Source: the human T2T-CHM13v2.0 reference genome, Homo sapiens. Taken from it: 64,000 nt of DNA. The position numbers and the translations under genes were made by a program. The stretch lies in the NCBI RefSeq assembly GCF_009914755.1, contig NC_060929.1. One strand, given 5' to 3'. Under the pieces are notes generated by a model that saw nothing but the letters and a program-made list of their open reading frames with translations, had not been told where the DNA came from and did no database searches. Positions 1 to 15,933 of the stretch are shown here, piece by piece (the stretch's first letter is position 1; each line of letters opens with the position of its first letter).

Positions 1-1167
1 GAGCTGTCTTGATTGCAAATCCCCCATCTCTAGAGGCCCAGAATCATCCTGGCACCTCCCCACTTCTCCACCAATAGACAGTGCATTTTGTAAGCATCCC
101 TCCTGCCTTCCGCCACCAGCACCCCTGCCATGTTCTCATCACCTCTCCCCTACACCAAGCCCCAGCCTCCTCTGATTCCACCTCTCCCCCACCTTCCATC
201 CATCCCATATGCAAATCACACATCACCTCCCACTGCTGCCCTTTGTTATGAATCAGGACCAAACTCCTCCGCTTGACCTTCCACGGCCTTACTGCCCAAT
301 TCTACAGGTATGCTCTCCCCAGCCCCTCTGGACCAGCTACTGCTCCTGAGCTGGACAGAGCCATTCCTATCTCCCTTTCTGTGCCATGTGCTTCCTCTGC
401 TCTGAATTCCCTTTCTCCTGTTTGCTTTTCCAAATCCAATTCTTCAGGATTCTGTCCAACAGCCAATTCCCCCTCCTGTTATCTAGTCAGTGGCTCCCTG
501 CCTTCTCTGGGCTCTCCCACAGCTCTCTGTTTGCTACCCGCCCTTCTCATGGAAATGCTGCTTTCTTCTGCTGGGTGTCAGAACCAGCTGATGACACGTG
601 CACATCCAATGGCAGCACAGCTCCACAGCATGGAGCCTGGGGCACCGCACACTGTGGGCCTTCAAAGAACAGCATCCCCCCCGCCTGCCTCTCCCACTAA
701 ACCTTAGGCTTCTCGAGAGTAGGGACTGTATCTTCCCATCACCGAGCATGTGACAGGTGCTCACAAACACTGCATGGTGCAGCCATGGCGTGTGGCCTTG
801 GAAGGATTACTTGACTTCTCTAAACTTCAATTTTCCCATCTGTACAATGGGAACAACCTCACAGGGCTGTTGGGAGGATTAAATGGAATCATGCAGGGTA
901 ACAGCCTGACATGGGTGAATGGAGAGGAAAAGAGGTGCAGGGTTCCACACCCAGAGCCACATCACCCCTCACAGCTGGTTACCATTCATCACAGGGAGTC
1001 TTCACACTGACTCCTGGAACAAATTGGGAAACTGAGGCCCAAAGAAGTGGTGCGCCTGACTCTTATCTACTCAAGGCTGGGATTGGAGGCTCATCTTCCT
1101 TCAGCGGTGCCTCCTGGCTACCTTGGGGTGGGGCACTGACTCCCTCTGTCCCGACTGCTTCTTTCAG

Positions 1168-1221
1168 GTCTCCACCATCGGAGGCGTGACCTATGAGCGC
1201 GTGAGCAAGAGACTGGCCTAA
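1168..1221 (+). CDS. FABP6: Final coding exon of ileal bile-acid-binding protein (gastrotropin)
   Basis: The acceptor gcttctttcag| is followed by GTC TCC ACC ATC GGA GGC GTG ACC TAT GAG CGC GTG AGC AAG AGA CTG GCC TAA = VSTIGGVTYERVSKRLA*. This matches the recalled FABP6 C-terminus and is not in the ORF track. Confidence 0.95.
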   Translation, partial: VSTIGGVTYERVSKRLA

Positions 1222-1257
1222 GCAGCCAGGCCCGGCCCAGGGAGCTACAAACCCACC

Positions 1258-1263
1258 AATAAA
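1258..1263 (+). terminator. FABP6: FABP6 polyadenylation signal
   Basis: AATAAA 36 nt after the stop codon, with a T/GT-rich downstream element at about 1301-1325. Confidence 0.9.
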
Positions 1264-2112
1264 ACTGATATAAGGACAGATGCTGCTTGCTCCAGAACCT
1301 CTTTGTTTTTCTTTTCTGGTGTCTTGGGATGGCCTCTGGCTGGGTGAGGGTGGGAAAGCCCCCAAGGGTGGCCACATGGGCAACACATTGCCCCTGAGAT
1401 CCATGTGGGATTCATGTCATGGCGGAGGAAGACATGAATGTGGATGACTGCAATGCTCCTGCCCCTGGGTGAGGCTGAAGGTGGCGTACAGGAAACATGG
1501 TGGGCACACTTCTGTGGCCCCTTCGCCCCACTCTGCCACCCACTACTCTGTGCTGCTTGAAGCCTCCTTTATGGAGACAAAGTCAGCTGGGAAGGGTAAC
1601 GCATTGATTCTCGGATGGGCCACAGGCCAGGCATATCAGGACTTGGGGGTTGTGGGGTGGGAGCTGTACCTCTAGGAAGGGCCCCGGCTGCTGGGCTCCA
1701 AGGCTCAAAGTGGGGATGGACCAGAGCTCACCCAGGGAAGCTGTTTCAGCTTGGCCGGGGCTCTGCTTTTATTCACTGTGGAGTCATCCCTTTGGTCCTC
1801 AGTTTACCCACTGAGGGGTACAAAGGGGGTCCAGGAGGACCAATGATGGGCTGAGGGGAATCAGTGGTCTATGAGATGGCAAAGGGGCAATGGGGGTGAT
1901 AGGAGGGACAGGAGGGACTGGAGTGTCCTGGTTTTGACTCATAGGGCTTGGGCGGGGTGCCTGGGAAGAACTTTGAGAGGCTATGGGCGGCTGGGAAGGG
2001 GGGGCGGGGTCACCCAGACATCAGGTGCCTGGTGTCCTGGGTTGAGAAGCATTCTGAGGCAGCATTTGGGTTTGGCAGCTGTCCTGGGACAATCTCTAAT
2101 TCAGAGTCCTGA

Positions 2113-2505
<393 letters not shown>

Positions 2506-3291
2506 TAAGACAATTCACTTATTTTTACTATAATGGAAAATCACGTCACTTCCATACATAGACAACCACTGTTATTTGCCATAAGTAGACTAAAACTATT
2601 TAAAAAGTCATAGCTGAACAATGTTGACTTCTAGCTAGATTCTGTTGCCTGCCCAAGGCCCTGGGCCTAAGGCCTCCCTTTGTGAAAAGGGTGAGAGAGG
2701 TAAAAGACATAGTGGTATCAAATGGGAAAATTTATCCTTAACTCATCAAAATTCCTGAGAGACTACTGAAAGGAGAATGTACTCACTATAAGAACTGAAT
2801 TACCGAAGGCAGGTAGTACTTACATTTTTTCGAATGTACAAGTCCCATACGTGAGACATAAGGAATAAGGTTTGTCCAGAGCTTTGCACAGGGTATGGCA
2901 CACAGAAGGAGCCTAATACGTGCTACCTGACCTAAGGTCCTTCCAGCTCTGTGCAATTTGCAGCCTTTCACTCTTGTGGGCCAGCCTCAACCTGGACAGA
3001 TGTCACAGCCCAGGTCACAGGCAGCCTTCTCTTGCCTCCTCCCACATTCTGCTCTGAAACCTTGTTTATCTTTCTAAGAACAATACACAGCCTCTCCCCA
3101 CCCACCCATCCAGCAAGGACCCATGAATTCCACCATTTTGCCAAGACTTATTACTAATTAAGTGAACTAGGTAAGCATTAAACTAGCAGTGTTGCTGTTT
3201 CCCCTCCAGAATGAATAATTACTCATAATGAGCTTGGATAATAAGTCTCTAAATAACAGAGTTAACTATAATTAGGCTGAAAATTGAGACA

Positions 3292-3367
3292 AGGGGAGAG
3301 AGAGAAAGAGGAAGAGGAGAGAGAGAGAGAGATGGAGGGAGGGAGTGACCTAAGAGATAAGAGAGAA
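3292..3367. repeat. GA-rich purine tract
   Basis: (GA)n/GGA low-complexity sequence. Confidence 0.8.
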
Positions 3368-3419
3368 TTTTCACTATAATTGATTCAAGGACAAATTCAA
3401 ATTGCTGGCAGGGGAGAAA

Positions 3420-3705
3420 TTTTTTTTTTTTTTTTGAGACAGAGTCTTGTTCTGTCACCAGGCTGGAGTGCAGTAATGTGATCTCGGGTCACTGCAACCT
3501 CTGACTCCCTGGTTCAAGCGATTCTCCCGCCTCAGCCCCATGAGTACAGGCACACGCCACCACGCCCAGCTAATTTTTTGTATTTTTAGTAGAGACGGGG
3601 TTTCACCATGTTGGTGAGGATGGTCTTGATCTCCTGACCTCGTGATCCCCATGTCTAGCCCTCTCAAAGTGTTGGGATTACAGGCATAAGCCACAGCCCC
3701 CAGCC
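3420..3705 (-). mobile_element. AluS (Sc-like)
   Basis: Antisense Alu with TSD ggggagaaatt. Confidence 0.9.
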
Positions 3706-4045
3706 AGGGGAGAAATTCTTAAGCCTGTATTGTTATAAACTCACAGATTCATAGACTATGGAAAAGCAGGACCTCAGCTCTCAACTAGTTTAAACTCTGT
3801 ATTTCACAGACGTGGAAACTGAGGCTCAGAGAGGAAAAGAAATTCATCCAAAGTCACACAGCAGAGAGTGAGTGAGTCTCTCAGAGTAGTAATGCGGGTG
3901 TGGGCTTCACTCACTGATGGAGCTACAGTTTCTCAGTGTGGGTAAATGGAGTAAGGTGAGCTGGAGAAAAGCACCTATGTCACTGGCATCTTGGCAGGGA
4001 GGATTCCTCAGCCAGAAGAGCCGGTGGTTAAGAGCTTTGACTCTG

Positions 4046-4633
4046 GGCTGGGTGTGGTGGCTCACACCTGTAATCCCAGCACTTTGGGAGGCTGAGACAG
4101 GAGGATCGTTTGAGCCCAGGAGTTCGAGAACATAAGGAGACTTCATCTCTACAAAAAAATTAAAACATTAGCTGGGCATGGTGGCACATGCCTGTGGTCC
4201 CAGCTACTTGGGGGGCTGTGGTGGGAGGATAGAATGGGCCCGGGAAAGTCACGGCTGCAGTGAGCCATGATTGCACCACTGCATTCCAGCCTGGGCGACA
4301 GAGAGAGACCCGGTCTCAAAAAAAAGAGCTCTGGGGCCAGGCACAGGGGCTCACACCTGTAATCCCAGCACTTTGGGAGGCTGAGGCAGGTGGATCACCT
4401 GAGGTCAGGAGTTAGAGACCAGCCTGGCCAACACAGTGAAACCCCATCTCTACTAAAAATACAAAAATTAGCCAAGTGTGGTAGCGCGTGCCTGTAATCT
4501 CAGCTACTTGGGAGGCTGAGGCAGGAGAATCACTTGAACCCAGGAGGTGGAGGCTGCAGTGAGCCGAGATGTGCCATCACACTCCAGCCTGGATGACAGA
4601 ACGAGACTCCATCTCAAAAAAAAAAAAAAAAAA
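4046..4633 (+). mobile_element. Tandem AluJ (4046-4325) and AluS (4335-4633) within a MIR
   Basis: Two Alu bodies with A-tails, flanked by agagctttg and MIR core sequence. Confidence 0.9.
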
Positions 4634-5006
4634 ATAGAGCTTTGGTTTTGGAGTCACATTACCAGGATTTGAATCTTTTCTTTATCACCTAGAAGCTGTG
4701 TCACCTTGGGGTAAGTTCATCCATTTCTCTGAGCCTCAGTTTCCTCACCTGTAAATGGGAATAACAACTGTACTTACTTAATGGACTTGCTACAAAGTCA
4801 CTCAATGTTAGTTTCTACCATCACCTCCATCATCACAACCATCACTCTCAGGTCAGTGCAATCAAAGGGTTAGGAGTGCCTCTGTCACTAACTTGTGAGT
4901 CACTGGACCTCTCTGAGCCTCATCTTGGTCATGTGTAAAATGAATTAGTAAGACCTTCCCTTCCTCGGTCACAGAGGAGTTACAAGGATAAAGGGTAAAA
5001 ATCCTT

Positions 5007-5259
5007 GCTTTGGGAGGCCAAGGCGGGCAGACCATTGAGCCAGAAGTTCAAGACCAGCCTGGGCAACATGGCGAAACCCCATCTCTACAAAAAATACAAA
5101 AGTTAGCCGGGCGTGGTAGCACATGCCTTTAGTCCCAGCTACTTGGGAGGATGAGGTGGGACAATCACCTGAGCCCGAGGAGGTCGAGGCTGCAGCGGCC
5201 ATCATTACACCACTGCATTGTTGCCTGGGTGACAGAGTGAAATCCTGTTTCAAAACAAA
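5007..5259 (+). mobile_element. 5'-truncated AluJ
   Basis: Alu sequence starting at ctttgggaggcc. Confidence 0.85.
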
Positions 5260-5519
5260 ATTTTTTTTTTATTTATCCATGCTCATGACTCCCAGAAAGT
5301 TAGATTGGCTTCATTATTTGCTGCACTGTGCAAGATGCTGGAAAGACTCCCCATTCCACAGACCTGGTTCAGGTGCCCTTTACCACAGGCTCTCCATGAC
5401 CTTCACCCTGACATTTGGGAGTCATCTTTCCCACTGTGCCAGGGCACCTGCCTCCCTCCTGGCAAGCTCCTTTAGTGAACTTGGGAGCTACTCATAGCAT
5501 CTTTAAAGATCACCACTAG

Positions 5520-5889
<370 letters not shown>

Positions 5890-6175
5890 TCATTCCTTGG
5901 ATACCTGATGTGTTTGGGGGGAAGGAGCAGTGAAATCTTGAGTGATTGGGCCTTTGTGTGGCTGTGTGTCACCGAGGGTGACATGGCATGGCGAGATCTT
6001 CAGCCTCCACAATCCTCAGTATCGTCATCTAGGCAATGGTGATAATCCAACTAGCTCATGGTGGCGTTGTGAGGACAAAAGAGGAGTAAGGATAAGAGCA
6101 TGAGGAAAGTGCCAAAGACAGGGCCTGCCACATAGTAAGCGTGTACAAAGGAGCTATTAAGGGCTCTTCTTCTTC

Positions 6176-6505
<330 letters not shown>

Positions 6506-7066
6506 CTACTGGTGAGAACTGGCACATACAGGGTAGGGCTTCAGAGCAGGGAGCAGTGTCCAAGCCTGGCTGTGCACGAGCCTCTCCTGGGAAACCTCCC
6601 ATCTCAGACCTGCTGGACCTGACTCTAGGTAAGAAGACCATGGACTGCCACTGGGATGTGCTCCCCTGCCAGGTATGACCTGGGAGACCATTCCAGTCCC
6701 ACCCTCTCATTTACAGATGGAGAAACTGAGCTCTAGAAAAGGGAAATGACCTGCCTAAGTCCACACAGTTGGGAGCAGCAGAAGGCCTGACTTCCCAGAT
6801 GTCCTGCCTGTGTGTCTCTGATAAGGGCAGGGGCCTAGAACCAGCCAGAGCTGGCCCAGCAGAAGCCTGGCCACTTGAATTCTTCCTTTGAAGTGGGAGC
6901 TGGGTTGGGGGGAGGTGCAGCTGTCTCACCTGAGCCCTAAAGAAGAGGGGGTCCACTTATTTCCAGTGTTCCTTGTGGAACTCACTGCTGAATGATAATA
7001 CCACGTGTTCCAGGCTTCCTTACCATACACCTGAACCACAGACTAGGTTGGCAGCCTTCCCCTTAA

Positions 7067-7526
<460 letters not shown>

Positions 7527-7635
7527 TAAATTTAATTTAAAAAATTTTTTAAAAAAATAATTTCCTAGAAAGCACAGATTCCCAGTTTCTCTGGAAACAT
7601 GGAGCTTACATCTCTGAAAGATAATACCAGGTAGG

Positions 7636-8003
<368 letters not shown>

Positions 8004-9126
8004 TTATAGCTCAACACAGTCCCCACCACCTCGCACTGTCAGTCATCCAGCTGTATTTGCACACTTACGGTACCTACCTGGCCCTGGCGGGCATTTGGAC
8101 CTGAGACACCTACCAAATGCTTTGGTGTCTTCTTCTGAAATTCGGTTCACAAGGGTTTACTCTGAGGAACAGATCCTGGTTCATGAGAGCTGCTAAGATT
8201 CTCTTCCAGGCACCTGGTGCCAGGGATTGCCTCAGAAATACAAGGATGCTGGTTGCTGGCAAGGAGGAGGGCAGCTCTTTGGGCTGCTTGACAAGCTGGA
8301 TGGTGCCTGGAACTGGTCTGAGCCAGCACTGAGGCAGGTCCCCTCCTGGGGGAAGCTCTGGGGAGGCCCCAAGCCTGGTCCCAGGTCTTCACCTTCACAG
8401 ATGGGGCTGGGAGCTCAGGGAGCCCCTCCCAGATCTAAGCATGTTAGAAGCAGACAGATGGAGCCGCAAATCTTGTTAGCCGGTGGCAGATGTGCAAGGA
8501 GCTACGGTTCTGTGTCTGCTGGTGAGCATGCTCTGAGAACCCCGGCCATGAATCAGGAGTGTGAACGCCAGGCAACTCTTTGCTTTTATGAACCCACGTC
8601 CATTGTTCTGTCCTAGTGGGGTGTTCCCTACCAGGTGAGTGGATGGCCAGCTGGGCCAGCCACGGAGACTTTACCTCTTGCACTCCGAAGCCACTGGGTC
8701 AGGAGCACAGGATGCTGGGGCGTGGGGTTGAACTGTGGCTCCTTCACTGCCGCTGCTGTCCTTAGGCAAATAACCTCTCTGTGCCCTTATTTTCTGATCT
8801 GTAAAACACAGCTAATAATACTTCCTATTTTGTAGGGTTACTAGGATGGCTGTAGGAAATAATATGAGCAAATGCCTGAAATACAACAGTAAGTACTTAA
8901 TAAATGTTAGCTGTGATGACTACTGCCACCACCACCAGGAGCTATTATTATATGGGGTGGTGGGAGGGGAGGTAGTTTAGGCACAGCCATCAAATCAGGT
9001 AAACAAATTAATTCGGTCATTTCAGATGGTTTGAATACCATGAAGAAAATCAACAGCTAATGAGAGAATGACTAGGGTTGTTACAGAGGCCTGTTCGGGA
9101 GGTAGCACGTGAGCTGAGACCTACAG

Positions 9127-9338
9127 CAGGGTTTCTTAGCCTCAACACTATTGCCATTTGGAGCTGGACAGTTTTTTGCCATGAGGGGCTCTCTTGTGCA
9201 GTGTAGGATGGTTAGCAACATCCTGGACCTCTACTCCCTATATGCTGGTAGTAACCCCCCTCAGTTACAACCAAATGGGTGTCCAGACATTGCCAAATGT
9301 CCCCTGGGGGTCAAAATGACCCCTGTTGAGAATCACTG
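9127..9338. mobile_element. MER20 (hAT-Charlie MITE)
   Basis: Terminal inverted repeats cagggtttctta / ttgagaatcactg and the internal motif tccagacattgccaaatgtcccctggggg. Confidence 0.85.
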
Positions 9339-9357
9339 ATATAAAGGGTGAGCAGCA

Positions 9358-9663
9358 GGCCAGGCACTGTGGCTCACGCCCGTAATCCTAGCACTTTGAA
9401 AGGCCAAGGCAGGCGGATCGCCTGAGGTCAGGAGTGTGAGACCAGCCAGGCCTACATGGTGAAACCTCGTCTCTACTAAAAATACAAAAATTAGTCTGGC
9501 ATGGTGGCGCTTGCCTGTAATCTCAGCTACCGGAGAGGGTGAGGCAGGATAATTACTTGAACCCAGGAGGTGGAGGCTGCTGTGAGCTAAGATGGTGCCA
9601 CTGCATTCCAGCCTGGGTGACAGAGCAACTGTGTCTCAGAAAAAATAATAATAATAATAATAA
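9358..9663 (+). mobile_element. AluS
   Basis: Alu with (AAT)n tail and TSD aagggtgag. Confidence 0.9.
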
Positions 9664-10171
9664 GGGTGAGGAGCCAGTCCCACAAGGACTAAGGGGAAGA
9701 GCAGAAACAGCTTTGGAGAGATGGGCTTTGAACCTGGAGGGCAGAAGGAACTGGAACCCTGACTCTAAGCCAAATCCAGGCATTTAGTCTGCAGTGTTAG
9801 TTTGGAAAGAAGCAGATTCTTCTTGGAAAAGAAGTCTGGGTGTCCTAGCCCTTCACTCAGCTAAGCCAGAGAAATGCTGCATAGAACAAAGAAAGAAATA
9901 CTAAGTATAGAACAAAGTTGAGGTCTAGGACTCAAATGGTTGACATTCAGACAGGGATGCTACTTCCTTACTCTCATTTGAGTTTGGGAACCAGTTCCTG
10001 CACAGTTAATCCTTCAATGTTTCTTCAAAGAAATCACACAGGCAGTCTCTGGGTACCTTTGTGCACGTAAAGATGGGAGAGCAGGTGCCTAAGTCGGTGC
10101 TGTTTGTGTGTCTGGGTAACATCTGTTGGTCACCCACTGCAGAAGCAGTTTTCAGATCAAAACATTTCAAA

Positions 10172-10617
<446 letters not shown>

Positions 10618-11304
10618 TCAAGTTAAAAACTGCAAAGCTAAAATTGAACTACTTGGGAGCTGTGATCACAAAACCAACTTATTAATGCAGATCCCTATTA
10701 TGGAAATGGCTGCCTTTTGAGACGGTGTACCAGCAGTGTGTCAGGTGCTGCAGAACGTTCTTGGAGGAAGCCCACCGAGGCTGCTCTGTACCCTGCTGCG
10801 GCCAACCTGACTTGACCCCAGCCTTCGGCTCTGCATCTCTCAGTGGGCAAGCTAACCCAGCTCTTTCTTCACTGACTTACTGTTTCTTACCTTAAAAAAT
10901 AATTGCAGATGGAAATCAGTTGTGTTTGGCAGAAGAATAAAAATAATTGATTCAGACAGTTTCTGGGGTATATTAAGTGTTCTTAGATTAGCTGAACCTC
11001 TCACTTTGCCCCAATTACAAAAATAGTGGAACAAACGACATAAAACAACAAAATAAAACACAGTGGAGTAAAACCTCCCTTGAAGGCCCAGGTCAACACC
11101 TAACCCACTAAGACTTAATCGGGTCTGCCTCTTCGGTGGGTTTGATGATGGCTGGATGGAGGACAGGCGCCCTCTGCTCCCTGCACTACCTCCATCTTTT
11201 TGCCCTAGGGCTTTTTATAGAGTGACAATAGCCCCGCCCATAGGAGCTCACAGTCCAGAATCGTCTTAATTCACACACACCCACAGTGCACACTTGTATA
11301 TTTA

Positions 11305-11676
<372 letters not shown>

Positions 11677-12035
11677 CTAGTGTATTTCATGAGGAGGTCA
11701 GCTCATTTGCTCCCATTTGAACCATGCTGCCTCTGAAACTTAATTACATCCAGAAAGGACACTTGCATGCTAGTTTATCTATGGTCAGTTGTGGAATAGG
11801 TCTGTTTCTATATGCACATGTAACCCAAATGTCAAATATAAATTGGGTTAGGTGGGAAAAATAATTTTAAAAGGTGGAAAAAGTTCTATTATGTTGACAT
11901 GCTTAAATATTGGTATATTGAGTATTCTTTCATCAGCATCTCATATTTACTGGCAAATACAGGTAATTTCTGTGTACTTTGAGATAATTCTGTTAAATTC
12001 ATATAGACGTCAGAAAATACTTTTCAAAACAAGCT

Positions 12036-12324
12036 GGACCAGGCGTAGTGGCTTATACCTGTAATCTCAGCACTTTGGGAGGCCGAGGCAGTCAGATTGC
12101 TTGAGCTCAGGAGTCTGAGACCAGCCTGGACAACATGGTGAAACCTCATCTCTACAAAAAATACCAAAATTAGCTGGGTATGGTGACAGGTGCCTGTAGT
12201 CCCAGCTACTCAGGAGGCTGAGGTGGGAGGATCACTTGAGCCCAGAAGGTTGAAGCTGCAGTGAGCCGTGACTGTGCCACTGCACTCTAGCCTGGGCCAC
12301 AGAGTGAGACCCTGTTTCAAAAAA

Positions 12325-12363
<39 letters not shown>

Positions 12364-12372
12364 AATAAAAAT
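12036..12372 (+). mobile_element. AluJ with (AAAT)n tail
   Basis: Full-length Alu. Confidence 0.9.
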
Positions 12373-13206
12373 TTAAAAAATCAAACTAAACTGGGGAGTT
12401 ATAAAAATACAACTGAAATATAAAAAACAAACAAAGAAATCATATGCCTGAATGACCAAGAAGCTGGCTAAAGTGCAGATTCCAGGTCCCCACCCCTCCT
12501 AGAGAAGGCTCCAGGTCATTCTGCAGCTTGCTCAGGCTTGAAAACCTCTGAATTTAACCTGATGCCAGCCCTGGGAGGAACTTTAAGACTATCTTTGTGC
12601 TTTTTAAAGCTTTCATAGCTGTCCTCCAGCATGGGAATTAACACAATCTTACATGGGAGTGCCCAAGGGTGGAAGAAATACAAGTGGATCCCTCTGGCTG
12701 AAGGCCACAGAGGTCACAGCCTCTGTGGCACAGTCTCCCCCCGCCCCAAGAGCTTAGAACCATCCACCAACTTGACCATCTCCATAGTAACAGATGGAGA
12801 AATGGAAGCCCAAAGAGGGAGGGATTTGTCCAAAGTGAGGTGGGTGCTCTTGGTCAACCCAAGACTTGCCTTGTCTCTGAATCCCCAAAACTTAGAGCTT
12901 CCTGCCTCACCTAGCCTTGCACACAGCGGGTGGTGAGCACTGCCCTCAGCCCCGCCCTTGGCGGTGTCAAACACACTCCTGGGTCTGGGCTGCAGCCTCA
13001 GGCCCTGAGCTCATCTTCCCATTCCTCCCCTAATTGTCTAATCAAAGGCATCTGCACTTAGCAAATGTCTCAGCCCCACAGTGACACCGGCTCTCTGGGG
13101 TGGTTCTCCTGCTGGAAGCTGGGTAGGTAGAGGGCAAGACAGAAGTCTTGAGTGAGACTCCCTTCAAGGAGGAGTACGAATCTGACATTTTTCATAACAG
13201 CTGATG

Positions 13207-13388
13207 CTATATCTCATCAATTCTACATATACATATTTTGACATGTAACGCTTCTGAAATCAGAATGCAACATATAATCAATGGTATCTTGCAAACTGCC
13301 TCATGATTTAGTTTTCTAAAAAGTCTTATTAGTGCATAAAATAATAGTGCATCTTACAAAAAGCTGATCTTATGCTTGAAGAAATATA
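13207..13388. mobile_element. MER104-like TcMar MITE
   Basis: About 180 bp, imperfectly palindromic: tatctcatcaattcta...tctgaaatc...gtgcatcttacaa...tgaagaaata. Confidence 0.6.
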
Positions 13389-13553
13389 ATAATTATCTCC
13401 TTTTTTGGAGGTACTGGCCTTGATGTACATTATGTTATTTAATCCTCTTAAGAACCCTATGAGGCAAGGTGTTATCACTCCCATTTTAACAGGTGACAAG
13501 ATGGAGGCTCAGAGAGAGGTTGGGTCAACTGCCTTCCAACAGCTGGTAAGTGG

Positions 13554-13993
13554 TGTGATCATTAAGTTTATGTGGCAGCTTGGCTAGGCTACAGTGCCTG
13601 TTGTGTGGCTAGGTACTAGTCTAGATGTTGCTGTCAAGGTATTTTTAGATGTGATTAACATTTACAATCAGTTGACTTTAAGAAAAGCCTCCATAATGTG
13701 GGTGGGCCTCATCCAACTGGTAAAAGGTCGTAAGAGCAAAGATTGAGGTTTCCTGGAGAATAAATTTTGCCTCACGACTGCTAACACAGAAATCATGCCT
13801 GAGTTTCCAGCCTGTGGGCCTGCCCTACAGATTTTGAACTCTACTGCAACATCAGCTCTTACCTGAATTTCCAGCCTGCTGACATGCCCCACAAATTTTA
13901 GACCACAGCCTCTGCAATCACATGAGCCAATTCCTTAAAATAAATCTCTCTCCATATATATCCTACTGGTTTCTTTGGAAAAACCCTGAGACG
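13554..13993 (+). mobile_element. MLT2 (ERVL) solo LTR
   Basis: ctagatgttgctgt, ctccataatgtgggtgggcctcatccaa and tgagccaattccttaaaataaatctct. Confidence 0.85.
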
Positions 13994-14209
13994 GTGATGG
14001 AGCTGGGGTGTCAAGCCTTATACACCCCTCCGCTGGCCTCTGTGTGCCCAGGGAGGCCCAGCTCCTACTCAGAGGGCAGGACTCAGCTCCCGAGGTCTTG
14101 CTGCTGCCCCCAATATTCCACCCTCTACCATAGGGAGATGCTCACCAGGGCTGATTTGAGAGAGGGAAGGAGGGGCCGGCCCAAGAGGGGATGCCTAGGA
14201 CAAGAGGTG

Positions 14210-15933
14210 AGAGATCAAGAGCAGGTGACGTGTTTATTGTGGGACGCCTCTTTCTGGGGGTCGTGCTGGCTGTGAGGGAACCCTCACAATCCCCAGGTCC
14301 CAGAACAGACAGATACAAGAACTTGAATCCAAACTGCTTGCACATAAATAGAACGGAGGTTGGCAAAGGAAAAAAAAACAACAACAAATGAACGTGCAGC
14401 CTCCTATGCTAGTGTGACACGGTGGCAGAGTCTTATCCACACCCCGTCTCTTTTCTTACTGTCTCCATGCTGAGATTTTCAGCTGCTCTGGAAAGATTCA
14501 CCACCTTCCGATCTGACTCAGCAGCAGACAGCTGCCTTCCTGGCGGCCCCTGCCACAGTCTCCAGGACTGGCAAGGGGCTAAGGAATCCAAGACAGGTAT
14601 TCCTCAAACAAAACAAAAATTGCTTCCACGGTCCTTTGCACCTCCCAGTTCTGCTGGGTGAACAATGTGTCCCCCAACCCCAAACTAAACCAAAGAACAT
14701 GCTGAGCACAAGCTGCGAGTCAGAATAAAAACATATTGCACATGGTTACAAGAGTCTTCCTGAGGGCCCTCTCGCTGCAGATCCCTAAATACTGGCTTTT
14801 GATCCAACCAGTCGCTTGCCTATCAATGGTGGTATCAAACGCCCATGTACATCCCACTCCCCAAATACAGGTGGGACTAAGCAAATTTTCCACATTGCTA
14901 TCCTTCGCTATCAGCCACACTCAAAGCCTAGACTGGGTTAAACTCATGCCCTGTAAGTATGTGGTGGAGAGAGGTGGGAACTGTTTAAATCTTTGTCTTC
15001 CTTTCAACGAGCTTCTCCCTCCCTGGGTAGTTATTAAAGTTCTAGTGGTGAACACAGCCTCCAAGACGTGGAATCTTCCGGAACCGAGAGCTGGGAAAAT
15101 GGTTCTCTCCAACCATATGCCTTCAAAAAGGAAGCTCTGTGGTTACCTGCGGGTCCATCACAAGTTGGGTTCAAACTTGGGTTCCAAATTAACAGCCCTC
15201 ATGTGGGACAGGCAGTGTGGCAATTAAATTTGTTTTTTTCTCCAAAGGAATTTTCAAGTATCACCAAATCCCTGATACAGTGTGTAAACAAGACATCTTA
15301 CGAAACAGAAAGCAAGACCACTTCGGGAAGCAGCAGCACATGACATATCTAAAAGGCTGAAAATGGTTTTAGGTTCGAAAACAAAGGCAAGACAGCCACC
15401 CACTGTGCCTCGCAAGGCAAACACTCAGGCATACACACCAACTCAGGCCCCTCTGCATAGAGCCAGGGAAAGAAAAGCACCCAATATGGGATCCTCCGGG
15501 GGTCCTGAGAACACGCCAGGCTGCCCCTCCTTTTTCAGCGGTGTAGCTGCCATCAGCAAAGAATAGAAAAGTCTTTAATGCTAAAAACTGGACATGCTTG
15601 AGATCAGTGGTCTGTGTCCAGTTCCCACTCTCCTGGCCTCTTATCAAGTCTTTCTCGATTCACTGGGCCCCTGTGTGGGGGGACGGCCACCAAGCCATCC
15701 TTTTGTACCCTAGCCACACGTGGCAGACGTTTCTCAGAGGAATGCTCTCGGGTGAGGTATGTTATTGAATGTTTTGCTCTGGGTCAGTTTTATTTAAAAG
15801 GAGCACAGACCCTCCACGTTCCAAGGCTCTTCAGGGATGGCCTCCTGCTGCCTCACTTGGCTGAGCTCTCCTCTTCAGTGTCCTCTTCCTCTGCCCACAT
15901 CTCCAAGGCTTCCTCGTGAGGTCTGGAGGTGGC
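14210..15933 (-). other. CCNJL: CCNJL 3' UTR (to the AATAAA at 14233-14238)
   Basis: Repeat-poor sequence after the stop codon containing many miRNA seed matches; the 3' end is inferred from the polyA hexamer. Confidence 0.7.
14233..14238 (-). terminator. CCNJL: CCNJL polyadenylation signal
   Basis: tttatt on + equals AATAAA on -, about 1.7 kb after the stop. Confidence 0.7.
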
